Shown here piece after piece: positions 17,483 through 27,885 of a stretch of DNA of 64,000 bases (position 1 is its first letter; each line of letters opens with the position of its first letter). Below the pieces are notes generated by a model that was not told the DNA's origin, did not search any database, and was given only the letters and a program-made list of their open reading frames with translations. The translations under genes and the position numbers were made by a program. Origin of the DNA: an uncultured Candidatus Saccharibacteria bacterium (GTDB taxonomy: Bacteria > Patescibacteriota > Minisyncoccia > Phycocordibacterales > UBA918); the NCBI GenBank assembly GCA_964350735.1, contig CAYGKO010000001.1:182578-246577 (forward strand), written 5' to 3'.

Positions 17483-18406
17483 ATGATCACCCACTATTTC
17501 CGAACTATAAAAGATGCTGAGCTTAAGGTGCTGGATGAGGCGCGGGCGGGGGTGTGGACACATGTGGTGAGGCCAACAGACGAAGAGCTGGCCGAGTTGG
17601 TGTCGCTGTATGCACTAGATGAGGCGATCTTAGAAGATGCTAAAGACTTCTTTGAAGTCCCACGTATGGAGCGTAGTCAGGGATCAACGTACTTCTTTAC
17701 CCGCTATCCGTATGATGAACAAGAAGAAGATGCTGAAACAGCACCGCTACTGATCATTATGGGGGAGTCGTTTGTACTGACCATCACGCTTCGGGATGTG
17801 CCACAATTTAAGAAGTTTGTGACGGGGAAGGAGGTGGTGCATACAACCCAGAAAGCAAAGTTTTTCATTCAGCTAATGACCGCCGTCACTACTTCCTTTG
17901 AGCAAAAGCTGGTGCGACTACGACGTTCGGTGCATCGTGATCGAGCGAAGCTGCGCGTGATCAGTAACCGTGATATCAAACGATTGGTTGATTATGAGCA
18001 CGAACTAAACGACATGATTAGTGCCGTGGTACCGACCAACGTGTGGTTGCAAACGGTAACCAAAGGGAACTACATGCAGCTTTATAATGACGATGTGGAG
18101 CTGATGGAAGACTTGATGATCGCCAACTCACAGCTAGTGGAGTCGGCCCGGTCGCTTTTGAAGACGATTCAAAATGTGCGTAATGCCACTGAGGCAATTT
18201 TGACGAACAATCTGAACGGCACGATTCGAACGCTGACCATTTTGACCATCTTGCTAACGATCCCAACAATTATTTCTTCACTCTACGGCATGAATGTTGC
18301 GTTGCCGCTCATGGATAACCCGCTAGCGTTTTGGTTGGTGATTGTACTGATCTTAGTGGTGGTGTCAGCGACCGTGTATTTCTTTAAACGTAATCAGTGG
18401 TTATAG
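17483..18406 (+). CDS. corA: CorA-family magnesium/cobalt transporter
   Basis: C-terminal two TM helices with the signature YGMNV (GMN motif). Confidence 0.7.
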   Translation: MITHYFRTIKDAELKVLDEARAGVWTHVVRPTDEELAELVSLYALDEAILEDAKDFFEVPRMERSQGSTYFFTRYPYDEQEEDAETAPLLIIMGESFVLTITLRDVPQFKKFVTGKEVVHTTQKAKFFIQLMTAVTTSFEQKLVRLRRSVHRDRAKLRVISNRDIKRLVDYEHELNDMISAVVPTNVWLQTVTKGNYMQLYNDDVELMEDLMIANSQLVESARSLLKTIQNVRNATEAILTNNLNGTIRTLTILTILLTIPTIISSLYGMNVALPLMDNPLAFWLVIVLILVVVSATVYFFKRNQWL

Positions 18407-18407
18407 T

Positions 18408-19028
18408 ATGAAAAAGCAGATATTTTATATCCATGGTGGGAGCTCCTACCGCAATCAAGATGACTACATTCACGATCTGACTCATAAGAAATTATGGAGC
18501 CGGTCTGATACAGAGCCAACCATAAAGTGGCCGAGTACGTTGCGGGCGGCACTCGGTGAAGGATATCAAGTATTCTCACCATCAATGCCAAATAGCGATA
18601 ATTCGCAATACGAAGAGTGGAAAATTTGGTTTGAGCGGCACTTTGAGTTTTTGCACGATGATCTGACCTTAGTCTGCTGGTCGCAAGGTGGCATGTTCAT
18701 TATGCGTTATTTGAGTGAGCATGAGACGCCGTTTTCTATTAAAGCCCTTTTTATCCTGGCCGCACCAGTTGACTATTATGTGTCTGAAGATTCAAAAGAA
18801 GATGGCGGATATTTTTATGCTACACCAGAGAAGATTCCAGCTATTACTGAGAAAGTAGGGGAGGTGCACATCTTGCATAGCACTGATGATTTTGTGGTGC
18901 CCTATGAGCACGCCGAGAAATTAGCCGCTGCGCTGCCGGCAGCCACGCTCCATACCTTCACCGACAAGAATCATTTCTTGGTCCCCGAGCTGCCGGAACT
19001 GATTGACCTGATTAAAAAAGTATCGTGA
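18408..19028 (+). CDS. alpha/beta hydrolase, RBBP9/YdeN-like serine hydrolase
   Basis: N-terminal YIHGG, nucleophile elbow CWSQGG, C-terminal DKNHF. Confidence 0.45.
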   Translation: MKKQIFYIHGGSSYRNQDDYIHDLTHKKLWSRSDTEPTIKWPSTLRAALGEGYQVFSPSMPNSDNSQYEEWKIWFERHFEFLHDDLTLVCWSQGGMFIMRYLSEHETPFSIKALFILAAPVDYYVSEDSKEDGGYFYATPEKIPAITEKVGEVHILHSTDDFVVPYEHAEKLAAALPAATLHTFTDKNHFLVPELPELIDLIKKVS

Positions 19029-19039
19029 AATCGGGAAAA

Positions 19040-19075
19040 AGGGGGCGAAAACGCAGTTTTCGCCCCCTTTTTCAC
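19040..19075. terminator. hairpin GGGGGCGAAAAC-GCA-GTTTTCGCCCCC followed by a T-run
   Basis: Seen directly. Confidence 0.6.
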
Positions 19076-19130
19076 ACCCCCTTAGAAAGAAATACCCCCT
19101 TCGGCCGTCTTCACGTATAATGGTTCCCAC

Positions 19131-19727
19131 ATGGCAACTGGTAAACAGTCAAGCAAAATAGGTGAGAGCCACGAAGACCGTTTTTTGAAAGCGTTTGAAG
19201 AATATAGCGATGCGCTTTTTCGTCACGCTAGTCTTCGCATCAATGATCGAGAACGAGCCATCGATGTCGTGCACGACACATACACCAAGGTGTGGATGTA
19301 TGTGCGCAAAGGACACGACATCGAACAATTTCGCCCGTTCTTGTATAAGGTGCTCAATAACCTCATTATCGATGAATACCGCAAGAAGCGGGAAACTTCA
19401 CTCGATGCGTTGTTTGAGGTTGATGGAGTGGATGAAGGAACGTTTGACGATCTTTCAGAAAACACCGTTGAGCAGCTGGCAGCGACCATTGATGGCAAGA
19501 AGGCTTTCAAAGAACTCGAGCGATTACCGGATGAATACCGTGAGGTGATCATTCTACGCTTTATCGATGAACTTGGTCCTAAAGAGATCAGCGAACTCAT
19601 TGAAGAATCGGAGAACGTCATTTCGGTTCGACTGCACCGTGGTCTGGCCATGTTGCGGAAACTAATGCAACAAGAGGAAGCCAGTATCGAAGATCGCCGG
19701 CAGCTCAAAAGCCAAAAACAAAATTAA
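19131..19727 (+). CDS. ECF-type RNA polymerase sigma-70 family factor
   Basis: Region 2 (FRHASLRINDRERAIDVVHDTYTKVW) and region 4 HTH (EVIILRFIDELGPKEISELIEESENVISVRLHRG). Confidence 0.65.
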   Translation: MATGKQSSKIGESHEDRFLKAFEEYSDALFRHASLRINDRERAIDVVHDTYTKVWMYVRKGHDIEQFRPFLYKVLNNLIIDEYRKKRETSLDALFEVDGVDEGTFDDLSENTVEQLAATIDGKKAFKELERLPDEYREVIILRFIDELGPKEISELIEESENVISVRLHRGLAMLRKLMQQEEASIEDRRQLKSQKQN

Positions 19728-19732
19728 AATTT

Positions 19733-21151
19733 ATGAAACGTTTTTCAGAACAACTTAAGAAGCAATCAAACCAGACTCGAATGAGTGTGGCTGAAAAGCG
19801 TGATCTGACTGAGCGTCTGACTGCGTACATGGAATATCATCCGTTACCAAAAGAACGAGCCGAGATGACTGTTGCAGCACCGACTGAGGTGGTGAGTGAG
19901 TCATTTACGTTGGTTCGATTTAATACACCGCAGGTACGGAGTTTCTTGGGGGTGTTTACCGTGCTGCTCATTATTGTTGTGCCAATTGTGGCGGAACGAT
20001 CAGTACCTGGTGATGTGCTGTACCCAGTGAAAGTGCAATTTAATGAAGAGGTACGATCAAGCTTGTCATTATCACCGTACCAAAAAGTAGAGTGGGAAAC
20101 CGAGCGACTAGAACGACGAATTTCTGAAGCGCGACTATTGGCGAGTGAAGGAAAGCTCACCGAAGCCGTACAGGCTGAAGTAGCTAAAGCAGTAAAAGGA
20201 CATTCGGATGCAGCCCAAGCTGAGATCGCAGCGATCACTGCAAGCGATAGTGACGAAGGAGCCCTCGCGGGTATTACCTTTAATGCGGCTCTGGAGGTGC
20301 AGTCAGAAGTGCTCGAACGAGATAGTGAGAATGGAGTTGGTAATGACGGACTCTCATTAGTAGTAGATGAAGCGATCGCAGCTGCTGGACCAGATAAACC
20401 AGCTGCACCATCATACGAAAAGACCTTGGCTCGACTCGAAGAAGAAACCACCCGTGCGACCGAATTTTTTAATAGTATTACTGATGTCGCTTCGGCAGCT
20501 CAGAAAGCAGACGTTGAACGTCGCCTAGCGGATATCGGACGGAAGGTAGATGAAGCAATTGCATTACGAGCTAATGAATCAGAAACTGATAAAGCGGCAG
20601 CAGTGACACTACTGACCCAGTCTCTCTCTGATACGCGCAAGCTCATCAGCTTTATGACGGCTATTGATGTAAAAAATACGGTAGAAGTAGAAGACTTAGT
20701 GCCGGTAGTATTCACATTAGAAGAACGCATTACAGCAGTGCGATTGCAGATTACTGATGCTGAAGAGGCGATCAAGACAGTTGAAGGACAGATCTCTTCT
20801 ACTGAAGATGCGGCGCTCGTCGAGAAGGCTACCTTTGGTTTGGAGACGGTTGTAGTCGCTATTGCGACTGCGAGTAGTAGCGTAGCGAGCACCACCGCTC
20901 CCGACATTGAGACAGCTGAAGTAGCAGCGCAAGAAGCTACCGACGCATTGGCAGATCTCACGAAGACACTTTCTTTAGCGCCAAGTACTCCAGTAGTACC
21001 AGAAGAGGCGCTAGCGAGTAGTACTCTAGAAGTGGTGGAAGAAAAAGCTACTAGTACTGAAGAAATAGCTGAAACAGAGCCAGTAGCGGTAGAAGAAACT
21101 GAAGTGGTACCAGCAGTTGAAGCAACTACTACTGTAGAAGCTGAAGTGTAG
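19733..21151 (+). CDS. single-pass membrane protein, putative anti-sigma factor (DUF5667-like) with acidic low-complexity C-terminus
   Basis: Lies immediately downstream of the ECF sigma gene. One TM helix (FLGVFTVLLIIVVPIVA) followed by a coiled region. The C-terminal Ala/Glu/Thr/Val-rich tail explains the long spurious antisense ORFs. Confidence 0.45.
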   Translation: MKRFSEQLKKQSNQTRMSVAEKRDLTERLTAYMEYHPLPKERAEMTVAAPTEVVSESFTLVRFNTPQVRSFLGVFTVLLIIVVPIVAERSVPGDVLYPVKVQFNEEVRSSLSLSPYQKVEWETERLERRISEARLLASEGKLTEAVQAEVAKAVKGHSDAAQAEIAAITASDSDEGALAGITFNAALEVQSEVLERDSENGVGNDGLSLVVDEAIAAAGPDKPAAPSYEKTLARLEEETTRATEFFNSITDVASAAQKADVERRLADIGRKVDEAIALRANESETDKAAAVTLLTQSLSDTRKLISFMTAIDVKNTVEVEDLVPVVFTLEERITAVRLQITDAEEAIKTVEGQISSTEDAALVEKATFGLETVVVAIATASSSVASTTAPDIETAEVAAQEATDALADLTKTLSLAPSTPVVPEEALASSTLEVVEEKATSTEEIAETEPVAVEETEVVPAVEATTTVEAEV

Positions 21152-21167
21152 AAAGAATACACAATGA

Positions 21168-21210
21168 CAAAACCGGGTGGGTTCCTAAAAGGAATCCACC
21201 CGGTTTTGCT
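21168..21210. terminator. hairpin AAACCGGGTGG...CCACCCGGTTTT
   Basis: Seen directly after the anti-sigma gene. Confidence 0.55.
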
Positions 21211-21362
21211 CTAAACACTTTAAATATAAAAAGAAAGAACCCGCTGAACACTAGGTCCAGTCGGGAACGCCTACCAAAAGGTAGAAAGTAGATACGCAAA
21301 CAAACACTTGTTCGCACGGGCCGTCCTAGGACGGCCCGTGCTGGTTTCGCAGGCTCAGAACC

Positions 21363-22079
21363 TTACTGCGCGCGGAAGTGACCGCGCCGACGGGCCTGAC
21401 GCGCAGCTTCGGCGGTGCCCGGCTGGCCGAGGCGACGAAGCGCGCCGGTCCCACGTTTCTTCGGCATCGCGTGGCGGCTGACGAAATCTGTCGTGGAACC
21501 GCGCTTGATGTTGAACGCCTGGTCTGTTGAAACGACCTGGCCCATTTCACCGTGGAACTTGCCTGCGGCGTTCTTCGAAGCCGAACTCACCGCCGCGCCT
21601 ATGTCCTTGAGGGTGCGCGCGGCGACCGTCGCGAAGTTTTCAATGTCCAGGCATTCGCCTGCGACGATCGCGTTGTAAGCGGCGAGCAGGGAAGGACAGT
21701 CGGTCCGGCAGGTCATCGTTTCGACCACATCGGTGGAAGCGCCGATCAGCGGGTTAATGGCGATGATGTCGAACAGCGCTTCGGCACGGGTTTCATCGAC
21801 GACCGCGAACAGGTTCACGATGGTGCCCCGATGGAGAATCAGCACGTCGTCTTCGACAAAGGCGATCAGCGTCGGCGTGCTGGCTTCAGCGATGATCAGC
21901 GCGGGGGCGCCGTCGTTCTTGAAGAGGTAGGCGGTGCCGCCATCGATGTCGATCTGATCGAAGTCGTTGAAGCTCATTTCGGAGCCGCCGAGCAGATTGG
22001 GACGCGCCAAGGCTGTGGTCGCGGCCATTGCGGAAACGGCGAGCGCAGCGGGAGCGGTCGTCTGATGCAGATGTTTCAT
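21363..22079 (-). CDS. secreted hypothetical protein encoded in a GC-rich (~62%) island
   Basis: Start reset to MKHLHQTTAPAALAVSAMAATTALA, a signal peptide. The composition differs sharply from flanking DNA. Confidence 0.4.
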   Translation of the reverse strand: MKHLHQTTAPAALAVSAMAATTALARPNLLGGSEMSFNDFDQIDIDGGTAYLFKNDGAPALIIAEASTPTLIAFVEDDVLILHRGTIVNLFAVVDETRAEALFDIIAINPLIGASTDVVETMTCRTDCPSLLAAYNAIVAGECLDIENFATVAARTLKDIGAAVSSASKNAAGKFHGEMGQVVSTDQAFNIKRGSTTDFVSRHAMPKKRGTGALRRLGQPGTAEAARQARRRGHFRAQ

Positions 22080-22407
22080 TTTGGTCTCTTTCGTTTGTAG
22101 AAACACCGGTCTGGGGCCGGTTTGTTTGGTTTGCGTGTCTTTCAAATAACAATCCATCCAACCGGATGGATGTCACAAGAATGACAACCACCTCCAGCTG
22201 GTGATCTTCTAAATATAAACCTAATTTCACATTCAACAACCTAAAAATGTGGTGTAATTTGAATAGTAATGATTTTCCCAAGTTGTCAAATTTTGTCGTA
22301 TCTTTCCCGTATAAAAATGAAAAACCGTATGACGGTTTGTCATACGGCTCAAATGTGAAAAAGAGCGGTGTCCTACGCGGCGACGAACCGCCGCGTAGGG
22401 TTGGGCG

Positions 22408-22845
22408 CTACAGCGCCCCTTGCATCCGGTCCAGCCTATCGGCCAGCGAGGCGCCCGGCGGAACGCCGATGCTGCCGCCGACCATGCTGCGACCGCGCTG
22501 CATGAAGATCATATCACGATCGTGGCTGTAGACGCCGACCCCCATCATGCCAACGGTCGTGTTGAATTCAAGCAGACCATCTTCCGCGACATTGTCGCAT
22601 GAATCATCATTCGTGATGTCAAAATCGAACGGCATGGGATGAAACGGGCTACGCTGCGCGGCTCTGAAGCCGATCGCATTGAGTAACTCCAGTATTTCGA
22701 GCTTGCGCCCACAGATGGAAATTTCTTCGGTCACAAAACCGACCACCATGATGGGGCCAATGGGCATCATGATTGGGGTTTCAACGACCGCATTAATGGC
22801 GAACGGGCAGCCTGCGCAGGCTGCGATAGACTTGATGGGACCCAT
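22408..22845 (-). CDS. hypothetical protein (145 aa) in the GC-rich island
   Basis: Start reset to MGPIKSIAACAGCPF, preceded by a strong SD, AGGAGGT. Tandem hairpin terminators lie downstream at 22318-22395. Confidence 0.4.
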   Translation of the reverse strand: MGPIKSIAACAGCPFAINAVVETPIMMPIGPIMVVGFVTEEISICGRKLEILELLNAIGFRAAQRSPFHPMPFDFDITNDDSCDNVAEDGLLEFNTTVGMMGVGVYSHDRDMIFMQRGRSMVGGSIGVPPGASLADRLDRMQGAL

Positions 22846-23029
22846 GGCGGGAACCTCCTGTTGATATTCCGGACGTTGCCGGTACTGCTCAATTGCCTTG
22901 CAAACCCTTCTGGCTGCAATAAAAAACAAATGAGTGGCGATATTGTACGTATGAATTTACGATTGTCAATTAATTACATACCACATAATTACTTGACGGT
23001 TTTCTCACTTAGCGCTATATTCTAAATAC

Positions 23030-23149
23030 ATGCAATTAGCATATACAACAACCGTACCAGGAGTCTCGGAAGCTGCGCACCAAGTGCTGCTGGCTCTCCT
23101 CCTGATTCTCGCCTTGATGAGCGGGCCGGTTGGAGTATATGCCCAGTAA
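23030..23149 (+). CDS. 39-aa hydrophobic peptide, leaderless, behind a sigma70-like promoter
   Basis: TTGACG-17 nt-TATATT promoter at about 22995-23023. The ORF MQLAYTTTVPGVSEAAHQVLLALLLILALMSGPVGVYAQ is followed by hairpin AAAACCGGTTC...GAACCGGTTTT at 23168-23205. Confidence 0.2.
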   Translation: MQLAYTTTVPGVSEAAHQVLLALLLILALMSGPVGVYAQ

Positions 23150-23395
23150 GTTGCACTACTTCGAAAATAAAACCGGTTCGTTCTCACAAGGAATGAACCG
23201 GTTTTGTTTACGGAGCTTTGTAAGCGGATAGCGATTCGCTGCTGGTGGCCAACCGGTATTTGGCCATCATCAGCGGATCGTACAGGTTGTCCAATAGGGC
23301 CACAAGATCCGTATCGAGCAGGGCCTCTTGAGGACAGCCTGTAGATCGTTGAAACGAGACTGACAACATCAGTCATGAGAGGGTGAGGAAGTAAA

Positions 23396-24511
23396 ATGGG
23401 ATTTATGCTTACGCGTGCGAATGAATTGTCGTTGCGGGACCTGGCAGTCTTACATCAGGCAGGAACATCAGTAATGAGAACGGCTCATGCTGGTAATATC
23501 TATCCAGCGAATCTGGCTGTGGCAGCAATGGGTATCCCGATGGTACTCCATGATCGGGTGAATGGCATGAAAGATCTTGCCAGCCATCCACACTTGATGA
23601 TCGAAAATGGTCAATCGCTGAAGATTGGTGATCAATCCTGTATGGTACTTCGGGCAAAAACTATACCACAAGTATGTCCATCTGGCTGTACCTTGGGTGA
23701 AGAACATGCTGCCGCGCTGCGGCTTGCATTACCTCAAGCAGAAGTTCAGACGATGACCGACTATCTGGAAAATCATCAGGAGTTGGCATGGAGTATCTTG
23801 GAAGAGGTTGGGAAAATGTCTCCCAAACATTTCTATCGGTACATGGATGCTGACGGAAGGATCAGCAAGTCACTACCACTGGGCGAGGCTCTTGATTGGG
23901 TCGAACTGTCCCAAAACGTGTATGGTTTTACCAACCTAAACGAAGGTTGGATTCCAGGTAATGTGGCTTACATTTTGCTGTGTGCAATCATCGAGTCCGT
24001 CAGAACAGGAGAACCGTTCGTCTATCACACTTCGGGTGTTGATATGGACGGCTATATGGACAGTCTATTGTCTGAGCTTAATCTCCTGTACTGTCATTTG
24101 CACAAGCGGGGTATTGCTCCGTTTGAGACACTTGATTTTCGGCTGGTCACCATTACTTCGATGCGCTTTTGTGGTCCAGACGCGACTGCGTCAGCACGTA
24201 AGGAGTTGTTTGAGAAGCTTGTTGCCTATAAAGCGTTTGAGGCGTCAGTAGGTGCCCGGATACAGGCTGTACCAAAGAATCAGCGGAGAACGGTCGTCGA
24301 AGCCATTGACGAAGAGCGTCGGCCACGCCAGCGATTGATTATGGAGATACGCTCTGAGTGCCCGGGGTTTGACTATGATCCTGCAACACCAACGTTCTTC
24401 TCTCAGTATGATGTTCCGACAAGAGGATTCTGTTTGGTCGAAGAGGCGGCGGCTACGTCGTTTGCTGACTTGGCTACCTTGAATACCATGATGGGTCGAT
24501 TTGACCCTTAA
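23396..24511 (+). CDS. hypothetical protein (371 aa)
   Basis: SD GAGGGTGAGGAAG lies upstream of the ATG. No family recognised. Confidence 0.4.
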   Translation: MGFMLTRANELSLRDLAVLHQAGTSVMRTAHAGNIYPANLAVAAMGIPMVLHDRVNGMKDLASHPHLMIENGQSLKIGDQSCMVLRAKTIPQVCPSGCTLGEEHAAALRLALPQAEVQTMTDYLENHQELAWSILEEVGKMSPKHFYRYMDADGRISKSLPLGEALDWVELSQNVYGFTNLNEGWIPGNVAYILLCAIIESVRTGEPFVYHTSGVDMDGYMDSLLSELNLLYCHLHKRGIAPFETLDFRLVTITSMRFCGPDATASARKELFEKLVAYKAFEASVGARIQAVPKNQRRTVVEAIDEERRPRQRLIMEIRSECPGFDYDPATPTFFSQYDVPTRGFCLVEEAAATSFADLATLNTMMGRFDP

Positions 24512-24577
24512 GGGTCAGGTCTCAAAGAAACTTTCGCTCGCTGGGTTTTACTGGCGAGCGATTTATTTTATACTCAA

Positions 24578-25535
24578 CTATATGAAAATTATTGACTTGC
24601 ACCAAGATCTGAAACTATCGTTACTCCGACCGGAATTATTAGATGTTGCTCATCGGGCTAGTCCGCAGACTAATTTCTCCCAGTTAGCATCTTCAGATGT
24701 TGCCATGTTGTTATGTACTGGTTTTCCGGTACCAAATGATGGAGACTATTTTAAGAAAGAAAATTATACAGATTTGTTTGCTGATATTGAATGGTATAGA
24801 TCTTATACAGAAGTGAATTCGGAGTGGATGATGGTTGAGGATCGTGACGATCTTGAGGCTTGCATTAACGGCGAGCATCGCGGCCTACTGTTTCATTTAG
24901 AAGGCATTAATATGTTTACCGGGGAAGCCGATGATTGGGACAAGTTAGCAGCACTTCATGAATCAGGTTTAAGATCGATTGCACTTACGTGGACTAAACA
25001 GAATTCCTTGGCAGGAGGAAATGACACTCCTGAAATTGGCATTACTACATTGGGGCACGAAGTGATTAAATGGGCGCTCGATAACAAGTTAATTATTGAC
25101 TTGGCTCATTTAAGCCATGCTGGCTTTGCCGACTTTAGTAATAAGTATGATTTACCAATTTTAGTTTCACATGGAGCGGCGCAAAAATACTGCACTGATC
25201 CGCGAAATTATTCTGATGAAGAATTGAAGGCGATTGGAAATTCCGGCGGTTGTTTTGGGATGTTCTTTTCTAAAAAGTTTGTTACCAGTACACAATCCTG
25301 TGCCATAGAGGACGTGATCCGGCAGATTAATCACGTGAGGGATACTGCAGGCATCGATGCGGTCGCTGTAGGTAGTGATTTTGGTGGAATTGTGAGTGGT
25401 ACTCCAAAAGATTTGTCGTCAGTAACAGCGTTGCCCAAATTGCTTGATTGTTTGCAGCAACAAGGGTGGACGGTGGAAGAGTGTGAGAAGTTTGCCTACA
25501 AAAATGCTTTACGGGTACTCCAAGCATATTTATAG
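24578..25535 (+). CDS. membrane dipeptidase (peptidase family M19)
   Basis: IIDLHQDL, IALTWTKQNSLAGG, DLAHLSHAGF, ILVSHGAAQKYCTDPRN and AVGSDFGG match the renal-dipeptidase family. Confidence 0.6.
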
Positions 25536-25547
25536 ACACAAAGATAA

Positions 25548-26456
25548 TTAATCCAGATATTTCAGCCAATCGGCGTACTTAGAATTTTCACCCTGCACAA
25601 TTTTGAAAAAAGCGTCTTTGATTTCATTGGCAGGGGAGAGATCGAAGGTTTTGAGTGGAGTGCCGTCTTGGTCAATATTACTAATAGGGGAGACTTCAGC
25701 GGCGGTGCCAGTGAAGAAGGCACTGTCGAAGTCGGCTAGTTCGATGGGGGCAATATCGCGCTCGATGGTGGTGTAGCCGAGGTCTTTGGTGAATTCGATT
25801 ACAGCGTCGCGGGTGATGCCAGCGAGAATCTTGCCAAGCTTAGGGGTGTGTAGCTCTTTGCCTTTGATAAAGAAAATGTTTTCACCCGGGCCTTCGGCGA
25901 TATTGCCAGCGTGGTCGAGCAGCACGGCTTCAAGGTAGCCGTTTTTCTTGGCGAGCATAGTGGCTAGGATGGAGTTTACATAATGGCCACTGACTTTAGC
26001 GTCAGCTACGACACTGTGTTCAGAAATACGGCGGTAGGGAGAAATTTCAGCTGAGACGGCGTCGGCTAAGTACTGACCCCAGGCCCAGGCTGCGATGAGT
26101 ACTTGGGGCTTGTTGTTAGTAACGCCAACCCCAAGGGCAGAGCTGTCTTGGTAGACCAACGGTCGGATATAGGCAGAGGTGAGGTTATTCTCACGCAAGA
26201 CTGCTTTAACGGCTTCAGTTAGTTCTTCCTTGGTATAAGGAATCTCAAGATAGAGAGTACTGGCAGAATAAAAGAGGCGGTCGATATGTTCTTCGAGGCG
26301 GAAGATTTGAGTTTGTCCGTCGGTTGTTTTGTACGCGCGGATGCCTTCAAAGACACCAGAGCCATAGTGTAGCGAATGAGTAAGGGGAGAAACGCCACTA
26401 TTTTCTAGCGTTTGTAGCTGGCCGTTTAGCCAGACTGGCATGGTTGGTTCAAACAT
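25548..26456 (-). CDS. ilvE: branched-chain amino acid aminotransferase (class IV PLP enzyme)
   Basis: SLHYGSGVFEGIRAY and collinear similarity to IlvE. Confidence 0.65.
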   Translation of the reverse strand: MFEPTMPVWLNGQLQTLENSGVSPLTHSLHYGSGVFEGIRAYKTTDGQTQIFRLEEHIDRLFYSASTLYLEIPYTKEELTEAVKAVLRENNLTSAYIRPLVYQDSSALGVGVTNNKPQVLIAAWAWGQYLADAVSAEISPYRRISEHSVVADAKVSGHYVNSILATMLAKKNGYLEAVLLDHAGNIAEGPGENIFFIKGKELHTPKLGKILAGITRDAVIEFTKDLGYTTIERDIAPIELADFDSAFFTGTAAEVSPISNIDQDGTPLKTFDLSPANEIKDAFFKIVQGENSKYADWLKYLD

Positions 26457-26730
26457 AATGAGAGCAGTGTAGCATTTTTAGACCCGCCTTACATACAGCT
26501 CAGATAATGAGAAAACCGCCCAATTCATGAAAAGGGCGGCATTTCTCACACTGATCAAGTGTTGAAAGAAGAACTATTTCCGTTACATAAGCACCTGTAC
26601 TCATTTGGCGGAAGCTCTATCCTACTAGAGCATCAAAGGTTCTTCTAATTTTTGCTGTGTATAAGTACTTACTTAAGTATATTGCTAGAATTTGGTAGAG
26701 TAGGAGGGTTATTTAACTAAGTATACGACT

Positions 26731-27840
26731 ATGGATAGTTGGTTTATTACGTACATTAGTACGCAGGTACCGGAGCTGACGGTGACGTTGCCTATAGTAG
26801 GATTGGTTGATCTGACGGCCCCGGTAGTGTCACTACTTGTGTTCACACTACTTACGATTGCATTTATTATAGTACAGTCAGTAGTGTTGGTGCGTCTGCG
26901 GGCCTTATCAGCAAAGACGAGTAGTGATGTTGATGATGTGTTAATTGGAGCAGTGTCAGGGATTCGACCCTTTGTCTACATTTTGGTGGCAGGCTATGTG
27001 GCCTTACAGTTGTTTGCACTACCGACGGCAGCTGATCTGGCTGTAACGGGGGTCGTGTACTTTGTAGTAGTGTGGCAGATAGTTGAAATGGCGGTGAAGT
27101 TTGTTGATTATGGGGCTAAGCGATTCTTAGAAAAGGATGAAGATGGTGATGGTGAGGTTGACCCTGGTTCTGCTACGGCCTCTAACATGGTGGGGCTGAT
27201 GGCACGGATTGTGCTGTGGGCACTCGGTGGATTGTTTGTACTGTCGAATTTAGGAATTGAAGTGACGTCCTTGATTGCTGGACTCGGAATTGGTGGTATT
27301 GCCGTAGCGTTTGCGCTGCAGGGGATCTTATCTGACTTGTTTGCGTCGTTTTCAATTTACTTCGACCGGCCATTTCGGATTGGAGATTATATTGTGATTG
27401 GTGCAGATTCGGGAACGGTAGAAAAGATTGGGATCAAGAGTACCCGCATCCGCACCTTGCAGGGAGAAGAGTTGGTCGTGAGTAACGCCGAGCTGACTAC
27501 CGCCCGGGTGCAGAACTTTAAGAAGATGCAAGAGCGCCGGATTGTAACGCAGATTGGGGTGACCTATGACACTGATCAAGAGAATGTAGAGCTGATCCCT
27601 AAGATGGTGACGGAGATCTTCGGTACTCTGACCGGAGGACGACTAGATCGAGTACACTTCACGACGTTTGGTGATTCAGCGTTAATTTTCGACATTGTGT
27701 ACTACGTGGAGTCATCAGAGTACTCGGTATTCTTAGATATCCAGCAGGCGTTTAATGTCGCTCTACTGAAGCAATTCGCGCAAAAAGGAATCGAGTTTGC
27801 GTACCCAAGCCAAACTATTTATCACAAGCAGGTGGGCTAA
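26731..27840 (+). CDS. mechanosensitive ion channel (MscS family)
   Basis: Three TM helices followed by MscS beta-domain motifs GIAVAFALQGILSDLFAS and RIGDYIVIGADSGTVEKIG. Confidence 0.65.
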   Translation: MDSWFITYISTQVPELTVTLPIVGLVDLTAPVVSLLVFTLLTIAFIIVQSVVLVRLRALSAKTSSDVDDVLIGAVSGIRPFVYILVAGYVALQLFALPTAADLAVTGVVYFVVVWQIVEMAVKFVDYGAKRFLEKDEDGDGEVDPGSATASNMVGLMARIVLWALGGLFVLSNLGIEVTSLIAGLGIGGIAVAFALQGILSDLFASFSIYFDRPFRIGDYIVIGADSGTVEKIGIKSTRIRTLQGEELVVSNAELTTARVQNFKKMQERRIVTQIGVTYDTDQENVELIPKMVTEIFGTLTGGRLDRVHFTTFGDSALIFDIVYYVESSEYSVFLDIQQAFNVALLKQFAQKGIEFAYPSQTIYHKQVG

Positions 27841-27885
27841 AAGAATAAAAAAGCGGCGGGCCAGTTGGCCCGCCGCTTTTTTATT

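Noticed and set aside
19837-21162. long antisense ORFs 19837..20451 and 20500..21162
   Set aside because: They are antisense to the anti-sigma gene. They arise from its Ala/Glu/Thr/Val-rich low-complexity coding sequence and have Ser/Ala/Thr-rich translations.
21415-22531. several ORFs on both strands within the GC-rich island (for example 21552..22100 and 21886..22281)
   Set aside because: High GC suppresses stop codons in all frames. Only the two ORFs with an SD and/or signal peptide plus terminators were kept.
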